This document shows positions 56,443-64,000 of a stretch of DNA of 64,000 nucleotides, in pieces (the first letter of the stretch is position 1; each line of letters opens with the position of its first letter). The DNA comes from an uncultured Clostridia bacterium (GTDB lineage: Bacteria; Bacillota; Clostridia; Christensenellales; Borkfalkiaceae). The stretch covers positions 14,117 to 78,116 of the forward strand of contig CANQMQ010000007.1 in NCBI GenBank assembly GCA_947625025.1. Direction: 5' to 3'. The notes beneath the pieces were generated by a model, which saw nothing but the letters and a program-made list of their open reading frames with translations, ran no database searches and was not told where the DNA came from. The translations under genes and the position numbers were made by a program.

Positions 56443-58413
56443 TTACCGCAGGTAACTGCCGTTGGCGCTCTGCTGTACGCGGAAGATGCGCACCTCTTCC
56501 CCCGTTTCGGCATCGAGGTAGACGATATACTCATCCTCGCCGTAGGTGCAGGCAAATTCGTAGGCGAGCGTCTCCCTGCCGTTCACCGCAATGAGGGCGC
56601 GGTTTACGGCATACGGCGTGAGCCCTTCGGAGAGCATTCCACGGGCCTCCCTTTCAGACATGCCCCCTTCAAATTCATGCTCCCCGTTGTTGAGAAGGTA
56701 TTCCCGCGCATCCATGCCAATGACTCTTCCCTTCTCTTCGCAGACGCGCACGCGGATCATTTCGGGGTATACGCGCACGCCGCCTTGTACCGTCGTGTAG
56801 GTGAGGTTTGCTACCATCCCCGCATCGGAGAGCCATACGGCCTCCACGTCCTCGATCCCGAGGGTAGAGAGGTATTCGCGGGCAATGGCATCGCAGGTAT
56901 CAAGGTCGAAATTCTTGGTGTTGCACTCCTCGTAGGTATCGAAGAAGGCGAGTTTTGCACCGCTTTTTGTGATTTCGGCGAAGATCTCCACGTCGTTTTC
57001 ATCGGTGAGCACGAAGTTGTAGCACTGCATATCGGCGGCAAGCGTCTCGCCCGTGTACTTCACTTCGCGGACATGGTATGCCGCAAAGTACTCCTTGGCC
57101 GCCTGTTCGGCCTGAGAGGAGGTCACCTCTTCGAGCCCCGTGAGGCGGTTTTCGCCCACGTTGCCCTCTCCCGTAAACGGGGCATCCGTAATTTCCTCCT
57201 TGAGGCTTCCGCCCATTTCGCCGAAGAGCTCCGAGATGGCGCCCTGCCCTCCCGAGACGAACTCCTTGAATTCCCCCGCATCGAGGTGGGTGGCGAGCTC
57301 ATTGAGCTTCTCGTAGATCTTGCCGTTGTTTTCGTAGATGGTGAGAAGCTGTTCCTTTTCGGAAGAAGTGAGCGCGTTGCCGCGGTTTACCTTGTCGAGC
57401 AGGGTACGGGCGTACTCCCCCGTTTTATTCACAAAGGAAGAGAGGCTTGCACCCGCTTCGAAGCCCACGGGCATGCGCTCGAGGGCGCTCTCCATGAGGG
57501 CAGACTGCACCACGATGTCGGTGAGAAGCGTCCTCTGCTCCCCCACTCCCGAAGAGATGCGGAGCTTGCCCAAATCGTCGTCGAGGCTCTCCCCCGTGGA
57601 GACGAGTTCGTAGAAGGTATTTCTGTACCCGCCGTCCGCTTCGATGTTCATCTCGTTCATGCGGAAGGCGCCCGCGGTGACGATGGCGCCGAGCACGAGG
57701 CAGGCGGTCCCGAGCGAAATGACTGCCGCAAGCCAACCGCCGAAGCCGGGGGTACGGCGCTCCGCCTTTCTCTCCCGCTTCTCACGGCGTTCGGCCCGCT
57801 TCTGTGCCCGATGCTGATTGCGGGCCTTTCTACGCTCAGACTGCGCCTTCTCCCGTGCCGCCGCCCGCTGACGCTTTAAGGCTGCACGATCCTTCTTCTC
57901 ACGGGCAATGCGCTTCTCGCGCTCCGCCTTCGTCTCATTCTTCAGAAGCTCCCTTCTCGCCGTACGCTCTGCGCGGCGCTCGGCCCTGCGTTCCCTGTGA
58001 TCCGCTCTTCTCTTCTCTTTGGCGGCGATACGGTCTGCCTTCTTCTTGGCAAGCAGTTCCTTCCGTGCAAGTTTCTTTTCGGCGACGGCCTGCTTCTTTT
58101 GGAGCTTCTTCTCCTTGAGGGCGGCCCTCTTTTCGACTTTCGCCTGCTTCAGAGAAGTTTTCTTCTCGAGCTTCTGCTTCTTCTTTTCTGCCCGCACTTC
58201 GGCCGCCTTCACCCGCCTATCCGCCGCGACTTCCTCACGGAGCTCCGCGGTGTTCTTGGTCTTGGGCTTTTGCACTTTTTGGGTGGTTTTCTTTGCCGTG
58301 GTCTTTTTCCCCTCCTTCTTGGGGGCGGGGTCTACCGATTGCTGCGTATATTCTTCGATGCGCTCCACCTTCTTGGCGCCGCTCGATACATTCTTACCCG
58401 TTTCTTTCTTCAT
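56443..58413 (-). CDS. ypeB: germination protein YpeB-like with a 220-aa K/R/E/A-rich N-terminal extension
   Basis: Directly downstream of sleB. One TM helix (GFGGWLAAVISLGTACLVLGAIV). C-terminal PepSY-like repeats. Strong AAGGAGG RBS. Confidence 0.65.
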   Translation of the reverse strand: MKKETGKNVSSGAKKVERIEEYTQQSVDPAPKKEGKKTTAKKTTQKVQKPKTKNTAELREEVAADRRVKAAEVRAEKKKQKLEKKTSLKQAKVEKRAALKEKKLQKKQAVAEKKLARKELLAKKKADRIAAKEKRRADHRERRAERRAERTARRELLKNETKAEREKRIAREKKDRAALKRQRAAAREKAQSERRKARNQHRAQKRAERREKRERKAERRTPGFGGWLAAVISLGTACLVLGAIVTAGAFRMNEMNIEADGGYRNTFYELVSTGESLDDDLGKLRISSGVGEQRTLLTDIVVQSALMESALERMPVGFEAGASLSSFVNKTGEYARTLLDKVNRGNALTSSEKEQLLTIYENNGKIYEKLNELATHLDAGEFKEFVSGGQGAISELFGEMGGSLKEEITDAPFTGEGNVGENRLTGLEEVTSSQAEQAAKEYFAAYHVREVKYTGETLAADMQCYNFVLTDENDVEIFAEITKSGAKLAFFDTYEECNTKNFDLDTCDAIAREYLSTLGIEDVEAVWLSDAGMVANLTYTTVQGGVRVYPEMIRVRVCEEKGRVIGMDAREYLLNNGEHEFEGGMSEREARGMLSEGLTPYAVNRALIAVNGRETLAYEFACTYGEDEYIVYLDAETGEEVRIFRVQQSANGSYLR

Positions 58414-58422
58414 ATCTCCTCC

Positions 58423-59163
58423 TTATATGGCAAAGACGTGCTTGCCGATCACGACCACCGTCTTGCGGCCAAAGATCCAACTGCTCGTAGCGACGGCGGG
58501 ATTATAGTAGTAGAGGCACCCATACGTCGGGTCCCACCCGTTCATGGCATCCCGTGCGGCGTTATACGCCGTCTGGTTGGGCTCCAAGTTGATTTGCCCG
58601 TCGGTCACTGCCGTAAACGCCCCCTTCTGATAAATGACGCCCGATACGGTGTTGGGGAAGGACTTGCTCTTGACGCGGTTCATAATGACTGCCCCGATGG
58701 CAACTTGCCCCGTGTAGCTCTCTCCCCTGCCCTCCGCGTAGATCGCCTTTGCGAGAAGGTAGAGATCGGATGAGGTATAATTGGAACTTCCCGAATTGGA
58801 AGGCTTCGAATTGTTCCCCCCGAGGGCGTTGTAGGAATCATTCATGCCGAGTGCGGCGTAAGTCGCCTTGCCTACGACGCCGTCTGCCGTGAGGCCGTTC
58901 TTCTTCTGGAATGCTATGACGGCCTGACGTGTCCCCGAGCCGAAGATGCCGTCTACCGCGCCGCTGTAGTAGCCCCACTGCTTGAGCCTACGCTGGACCT
59001 CCTTCACTTCACTGCCCGTACTCCCCTGGCGGAGTACCGCGGCTTCGGCGACGGAGACCGCCGTTTGGGCATCCGCTCCGCTTGTTACGGCTACGGGAAT
59101 GGCTACAGCCGCAGTCGCGCAAAGCGCGAGCGAGAGCGCCGCGATTGCCAAATACTTCTTCAT
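58423..59163 (-). CDS. sleB: spore cortex-lytic enzyme SleB
   Basis: Signal peptide, PG-binding domain (GSTGSEVKEVQRRLKQWGYY..VDGIFG..T..AV..FQ), and Hydrolase_2 core (LLAKAIYAEGRGE...VIMNR...FTAV). Confidence 0.88.
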   Translation of the reverse strand: MKKYLAIAALSLALCATAAVAIPVAVTSGADAQTAVSVAEAAVLRQGSTGSEVKEVQRRLKQWGYYSGAVDGIFGSGTRQAVIAFQKKNGLTADGVVGKATYAALGMNDSYNALGGNNSKPSNSGSSNYTSSDLYLLAKAIYAEGRGESYTGQVAIGAVIMNRVKSKSFPNTVSGVIYQKGAFTAVTDGQINLEPNQTAYNAARDAMNGWDPTYGCLYYYNPAVATSSWIFGRKTVVVIGKHVFAI

Positions 59164-59295
59164 AATTTCCTCCTACGCACAACTTGCGCAAGGGAAAACT
59201 ATTTTATACTCCCAAACCCGCCCCCCGCAAAATTTTTGGGATGAGGGTATAAAAATACCGTCATGCGGCAATACCTTCCCCGCAAGGAGAATGTT

Positions 59296-59808
59296 ATGAA
59301 AAAAGTTGCCGTGATCCTATTGCTTCTCACAGCCCTCATCGTTTCGGTATGCCTTTTCGCAAAACCCCGAGAGGAGACCGCTTACCTTCGTATCCACATC
59401 CGTGCCGATTCCAATGAGGCGGTCGCACAGGAAGTAAAATATAAGGTGAGGGATGCCGTTGTGGAATACCTCACCCCCACCGTTGCCATGTGTAAGACCA
59501 AAGAAGAGGCAAAAACCGCCCTCTCCAAGATGCTTGGCGGCATCGAGAAGAAGGCGGAAACCGTGTTGAAAGAGAATGGATTTGATTACGGTGCACGGGC
59601 GTCGCTCAAGAAAGAGGAGTTCCCCACCCGAATCTACGACGGTGTGACCCTCGAGGCGGGCGTATACGATGCCCTCATCGTGGAACTCGGCTCGGGCAAG
59701 GGAGATAATTGGTGGTGCGTCGTCTACCCTCCCCTCTGCTTCTCGGGCACCTCCAACGTCACCTACCGCAGCCTCATCGCCGAACTCATCAGAAAGTTCT
59801 ACGAGTGA
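59296..59808 (+). CDS. spoIIR: stage II sporulation protein R
   Basis: N-terminal anchor, then YLRIHIRADSNEAVAQEVKYKVRDAV...WWCVVYPPLCF. AAGGAG RBS at 59296. Confidence 0.8.
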   Translation: MKKVAVILLLLTALIVSVCLFAKPREETAYLRIHIRADSNEAVAQEVKYKVRDAVVEYLTPTVAMCKTKEEAKTALSKMLGGIEKKAETVLKENGFDYGARASLKKEEFPTRIYDGVTLEAGVYDALIVELGSGKGDNWWCVVYPPLCFSGTSNVTYRSLIAELIRKFYE

Positions 59809-59818
59809 GGAGAAGCTT

Positions 59819-60032
59819 GTCATTTCGACCGAAATGAGCGTAGCGAATGAAGCGGAGAAATCTCCATTCTAAATCGTCATACTGAGCGCAGCCGAAGTAT
59901 CACCGCATTTTAAGAATAATGTGATACTTCAACTTCGCTTCGCTCCGTTCAGTATGACATAATGAGAAGTCAGAGATGTCTCGGCTGCACGGCTTCGCCG
60001 TTCCGCTCGACATGACACCCCCCCTCATCCCG
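59819..60032. repeat. modular palindromic repeat locus R8
   Basis: S1, an 83-bp S2/inverse-S2 palindrome (59876..59958), S3, and CCTCATCCC. Lies between convergent spoIIR and degV. Confidence 0.9.
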
Positions 60033-60040
60033 CTATCTAT

Positions 60041-60895
60041 CTATTTTTGATAGAAGGCGACGCCGATGGCGTTGGGGCCGATATGCGTCCCGATGGCACT
60101 TCCGATGAGGCGGGCGGGAATGCTATCCGCATCGCGGACATGCCCCTCCCAAATTGCATGGCTATCCTGCAAATACTTCTTAAGATATGCATCGGAGAGC
60201 CCCGAATACATCAGCCCGTAGGGCATCGTAAAATCGATTCCCCCGCACTTCTCCACGAGTTGCATCAGCAAGTTGTTGCTCCGCTTGCTCCCGATGGCCT
60301 TGCCAACAAGTTTCACTTCCCCGCCGATCACAGATACGACGGGCTTCACCGAGAGCATCTCCCCCGCAAGTGCGGCCACACCCGAGATCCTTCCCCCCTT
60401 TCTGAGGTATTTGAGGGTATCGACGACCGCGATCACCCGAATCTTCTCCCGCTTCTCCTGCAGTTGGGTTACGACGGCCTCCGCATCCATACCTTCTCCG
60501 ATGAGGCGGAGGGCGTATTCACACAGGATCCGCTCCCCCGTGGCGGCATTGAGGCTATCCACCACGTGCACCTTTCCCGAAAACCGCTTGGCGGCAGTGC
60601 GGGCGCAGTTGAACGTTCCGGAAAGTTTGGAAGAAATGGTGATGGCGATCACCTCACTCCCATCCGCGGTGAGCGCTTCAAACGCCTCCTCCCAGCGGTA
60701 TTCGTTGATTTGGCTCGTCTTTGGAATTTCATTTTCCTCGATGAGCTTCTCGAAGAACTGCCTGTGCGAGAGGTTGACGCCGTCGAGAAAGGTCTGTTCC
60801 CCAAAGCGTACCTCCATCGGGATCATCGTAATTCCCATTTGCTCCGCTTCCGCCTGTTCGATATCGGAAGCGCTATCTATGAGTATCTTTATCAT
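60041..60895 (-). CDS. DegV-family fatty-acid-binding protein
   Basis: MIKILIDSASDI...FLDGVNLS..QFFEKL...TSQIN.... About 284 aa. Start at 60895. Confidence 0.85.
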   Translation of the reverse strand: MIKILIDSASDIEQAEAEQMGITMIPMEVRFGEQTFLDGVNLSHRQFFEKLIEENEIPKTSQINEYRWEEAFEALTADGSEVIAITISSKLSGTFNCARTAAKRFSGKVHVVDSLNAATGERILCEYALRLIGEGMDAEAVVTQLQEKREKIRVIAVVDTLKYLRKGGRISGVAALAGEMLSVKPVVSVIGGEVKLVGKAIGSKRSNNLLMQLVEKCGGIDFTMPYGLMYSGLSDAYLKKYLQDSHAIWEGHVRDADSIPARLIGSAIGTHIGPNAIGVAFYQK

Positions 60896-60952
60896 ACCAA
60901 ACCTCCGCGCCCCATGGGCGCCCTGCCGCACGTTCAGGTCAAATTGCCTGTA

Positions 60953-60981
60953 ATTATACTATGATACAATTTTCTTGTCAA
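60953..60981 (-). promoter_or_regulatory. sigma-70-type promoter of degV
   Basis: Minus strand reads TTGACA-17 nt-TATAAT (consensus). Confidence 0.7.
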
Positions 60982-61013
60982 CGAAAAGGGGCGGCCCGAG
61001 GCCTGCCCCTTTG
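60982..61013 (-). terminator. intrinsic terminator of the GLUG-repeat gene transcript
   Basis: Minus strand reads AAAGGGGCAGGCC-TCG-GGCCGCCCCTTT followed by TCG. It lies 470 nt after the stop codon, beyond repeat R9. Confidence 0.65.
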
Positions 61014-61049
61014 AATTTTGTTTACATTTTTATCTAATTTTCACTTTCC

Positions 61050-61443
61050 TCTACCCCTCAAGACGAGGGCGCGTGTCATTTCGACCGAAATGAGCGAAGC
61101 GGGAAGGTCTGTCATTTCGAACGAAGCGAAGCGGAGTCGAGAAATCTCACTTCCAATCCGTCATACTGAACGAAGCGAAGCGGAGTTGAAGTATCACATT
61201 ATTCTTATGAATGCGGTGATACATTCGACTTCGGCACTTCGTGCCTCCGCTCAGTATGACATAATGAGAAGCCCAAGATGTCTCGGCTGCGCTACTCGCC
61301 CTGCGGGCTCGTGCCGCCGCAGTGGTTGCAGAATCAGAAGCGGCGCTCGGGGTGACAGGCCTGTCATTTCGAACGGAGCGTAGCGAATGAAGCGGAGAAA
61401 TCTCCATTCTAAATCGTCATACTGAGCGCAGCCGAAGTATCAC
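61050..61443. repeat. modular palindromic repeat locus R9 (largest)
   Basis: S5 hairpin, three S1 copies, a 101-bp S2 palindrome (61160..61260), S3, S4, and a terminal S1+S2 block identical to R8 over 68 nt. Confidence 0.9.
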
Positions 61444-61486
61444 ATTCTCTTTATAAATGATGGAGAGCCGTCGATAAGAATTTCCT

Positions 61487-64000
61487 TTATTCTTCGATGT
61501 TGATACCCGACTTCAAGCCGAAGAGTTCTCCCTGATTTTCACCCGTCGCCGTGACTTGCCCCGTCTGTTGATACTGTCTCAGCGACCCGACGGCGTTGCA
61601 ATCGGCGCTCCCCGCAATGCCGCCGACGAAGTCCTCACCCGCGATGTCTGCCGTGTTTTCGATAAAGGAAAGCATGATCTTGCACGAGGCGCGGTGCCCC
61701 CACTGTCCCGATGCGGTTGCAACGATATCCCCTGCGATGCCGCCGACGTACTGCGTCCCCGAGACCGTACCCGAATTGCGCCCGTTGGCAATCGTGAATG
61801 CAAGCGTTAAGTCGTCGTTTACTTGGAAGGCATTGTAGACGCGGCCGATGAGCCCTCCCACGTATTGTTTGCCCGAAATCGCACCGCTGTTTTTGAGGAG
61901 CGTGAAGGTGACGCTCCCGCCATAGGTGGTATACCCCGCGATGCCGCCCACGTAATCGGAGCCGCCCGCCGAGATCTCCGCCTCGTTGGAGCAATCGGTA
62001 AGCGTACCGTTCGAGTACCCGACGATGCCGCCCACATAGCGTCCGCCCTGCGTATAGAGGATGGGAACGGCGTTATGGCAGTTGGTAACGGAGTATGCCT
62101 GCCCCGCATACCCGCCGATGTAGGCATAATTGATCTCTCCTTCCGTGAAGAGGCCCGTGACGGTGAGCTGCGTCCCCGCGTTGGAGCAATCGATGAGGGG
62201 AATGCCCGCTATGACGCCGACGATGCCGCCCGCCCTGCTCTCCGCAGTGATATGCCCCGAGGAAGTAGCCGTAAGGGAGGAACCGCCGCCGTTTGCAGAG
62301 CCGTATCCGAGAATACCGCCGACGTACATTTTACCCGTTACGCTTCCCGCATTCGATAGGAACTGCCCGACGAATGCGCAGGCAGGATGGCCGCCCCATT
62401 CGCCGCCTGCCCAATTCTCCATATAACCGACATTGCCGCCCACGTAATTTTTGCCCGTGACGGCGCCGCTGTTGCTGAAATTCGTGAATCGGACGATGCT
62501 CGTACTATCGTAAACGGAAGTGTACGCCGTCTTGAAGTAGCCGAAGATGCCGCCGACGAAGTCTCCCGTTCCCGTAACCGCGCCGCTGTTTGTAAGGTTG
62601 GAATACGCTACGACCGAACCGCGATCGACTCTGCCGCAGATCCCGCCCACATAGCCGCCGCCCGAGACGGCGCCAAAGTTCTTGTTCCCGTCCATGGTGC
62701 CGCCCTTGAACGTGCCTACGATGCCGCCCGTGCCGTAATCGTAATCCATCACGGTGTAACCGGGAAGCGTGAGGACGTCTGCCCGATTCTCGCAATTTAC
62801 GATCGTTCCTCCGGACATGGTACCCGCAAATCCCGCCGCACTCATGACGACGAAGCCCTCCGAGGAGCCGCCCGAGATCTTACCGCTCCGAATGACGACG
62901 TTCTCGATCGTCCCCGTGAGCTCGCCGCAAATCCCGCCGATCACATAGTTCTTGGTGAATTCGCGGATATTGCCCGTGACGGTGAGATTCTCAAACACGA
63001 GGTTTCTCACCGCACCCGAAAGCGTGGTAAAGATGCCCGCATTGGCCTGCATGGTGACGGAGACGGAGAGGTTTCTCACGATGAAACCGTTCCCCTGCAG
63101 TGTGCCCGTGAAGGCAAAGGGCGTCCACGTCTTGCCCGAAAGATTGATGTTCGCGCCGAGAACGTAGTTGCCCGCGGGATCCTCCTGTATGGCAAGGAAG
63201 CCCTCTGCATCCTGAATGGTAGTTTTGCCGGACGCGTCGGAGTCCTGTTCGTAGTGCGCCACAAGCGTGACTGCTTTCTTTGTCGTCCAGACGGAGAGGC
63301 TTGAACCGTTCCCGTCCGTAAGTTTCTCTTCCTCGAGGAACCAACCCGTAAACAGCTGTCCCCGCAAGAAGGCGACGGGAAGGGTGAAGGCCTCCCCAAA
63401 GGTAAGTTCCACGGTCGTTTGCCGCTCAACACCGCCGTTATAGTCGAGGGTGACGGTATACTTGCGCGGCTCGAACCTTGCCTCGATGGCAACATCTTGC
63501 GCGGGCATGTTGAATGCGTACTCAAAGCCCGCATAGACGAGCTTTCCTTCCCGATAGAAGCCGAGGAAACTGTAGCCGTCCTCCGTTTGGTTGAGGAGTA
63601 CGGTGACGTGCTCGCCCTCGATATACGTCTGCTCCGCAGTGACGGTGCCCGCGTTTTCATGGGAGAAGTTTACCGTAAGCGTGTATAGCTTATCATAGTG
63701 TGCGACGAGGGTGGCGGGGCCGTCCGTCCACGGCTCCAAGGAGACGCCGTCCTCGCCCGTGATCTTAGTATTCGATTGGGTATACCAACCGCCGAACCTG
63801 TATCCCTCCAATTGGGGGACACCGAATTCGCATTTCGTTCCGTATTCCACCGTCACGCTGTCTGCGGCGATCGAGCCGTCTAAGGCGTTGAGCGTAACCG
63901 TAACATCCTCCCCTCGCCACTTAGCATACATTGTGAAATGACCCGTCGTCCCCGGACGGAGAACGGAGACGGGCATATCCGAACAATCTTCCTCCATACA
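61487..64000 (-). CDS. large surface protein with InlB B-repeat modules and more than 10 GLUG-motif repeats; 5' end outside window
   Basis: B-repeats (EGYRFGGWYTQ, GYSFLGFY, LFTGWF...TLVAHYE), then repeated YVGGIAG/YVGGLIG/FVGGIFG/RAGGIVG units. The ORF is open to the window edge. Confidence 0.8.
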   Translation of the reverse strand, partial: CMEEDCSDMPVSVLRPGTTGHFTMYAKWRGEDVTVTLNALDGSIAADSVTVEYGTKCEFGVPQLEGYRFGGWYTQSNTKITGEDGVSLEPWTDGPATLVAHYDKLYTLTVNFSHENAGTVTAEQTYIEGEHVTVLLNQTEDGYSFLGFYREGKLVYAGFEYAFNMPAQDVAIEARFEPRKYTVTLDYNGGVERQTTVELTFGEAFTLPVAFLRGQLFTGWFLEEEKLTDGNGSSLSVWTTKKAVTLVAHYEQDSDASGKTTIQDAEGFLAIQEDPAGNYVLGANINLSGKTWTPFAFTGTLQGNGFIVRNLSVSVTMQANAGIFTTLSGAVRNLVFENLTVTGNIREFTKNYVIGGICGELTGTIENVVIRSGKISGGSSEGFVVMSAAGFAGTMSGGTIVNCENRADVLTLPGYTVMDYDYGTGGIVGTFKGGTMDGNKNFGAVSGGGYVGGICGRVDRGSVVAYSNLTNSGAVTGTGDFVGGIFGYFKTAYTSVYDSTSIVRFTNFSNSGAVTGKNYVGGNVGYMENWAGGEWGGHPACAFVGQFLSNAGSVTGKMYVGGILGYGSANGGGSSLTATSSGHITAESRAGGIVGVIAGIPLIDCSNAGTQLTVTGLFTEGEINYAYIGGYAGQAYSVTNCHNAVPILYTQGGRYVGGIVGYSNGTLTDCSNEAEISAGGSDYVGGIAGYTTYGGSVTFTLLKNSGAISGKQYVGGLIGRVYNAFQVNDDLTLAFTIANGRNSGTVSGTQYVGGIAGDIVATASGQWGHRASCKIMLSFIENTADIAGEDFVGGIAGSADCNAVGSLRQYQQTGQVTATGENQGELFGLKSGINIEE

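Noticed and set aside
61018-61383. ORFs lying in the repeat loci: 61018..61383, 61147..61407, 46233..46670, 46262..46507, 10924..11409, 10674..10949, 50689..50994 and 43265..43465.
   Set aside because: They are read-throughs of the palindromic modules, giving recurring pseudo-peptides such as VISNEAKRSREIS or SFRT.. in whichever frame is open. They have no RBS and overlap terminators or other genes. The same DNA occurs in both orientations.
1-64000. Search for mobile elements, prophage genes, toxin-antitoxin pairs, restriction-modification systems, cas genes or other defence systems, rRNA and other large ncRNAs.
   Set aside because: No ORF shows transposase (DDE, HUH), integrase (R..H.R..Y), terminase/capsid, methyltransferase, nuclease-helicase or cas-like motifs that I can recognise. 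No rRNA-like conserved strings were seen. The only accessory-looking content is the surface lipoprotein genes, the repeat family and one low-GC orphan gene.

Overview
64-kb chromosomal segment of a high-GC (roughly 60 percent by eye) endospore-forming Firmicute, Clostridia-like. Marker genes: sleB-ypeB, spoIIR, a SpoIIE-type phosphatase, cdaA, comEC-holA, rpsF-ssb-rpsR, nifS-nifU-Rrf2, obg-yhbY. I call about 50 protein genes, one tRNA-Gly(CCC), one yybP-ykoY (Mn) riboswitch in front of mntP, and many textbook TTGACA-17-TATAAT promoters and intrinsic terminators. I saw no rRNA, CRISPR array, transposase, integrase, phage gene or recognisable defence gene. About a third of the window encodes very large predicted lipoproteins or surface proteins built from InlB-B-repeat, MBG-like, GLUG and beta-helix modules. 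Items worth a second look: (1) a modular, nested palindromic repeat family filling nine intergenic loci (about 1.7 kb); (2) two poly-G tracts placed where length changes would switch surface lipoprotein genes, a G8 tract that frameshifts one gene and a G9 tract inside the promoter spacer of another; (3) a 2-kb low-GC cassette inside the lipoprotein array that starts at the G8 tract; (4) two conserved but uncharacterised redox/Fe-S gene pairs (NifU-like + GGGtGRT; CXXC membrane protein + 4Fe-4S/thioredoxin fusion); (5) cdaA followed by a 35-codon CdaR-like stub instead of cdaR. CDS coordinates are anchored on the supplied ORF track. Features called by eye (promoters, terminators, repeats) are +/-2 nt. 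All family calls rest on motif recognition, not on database searches.
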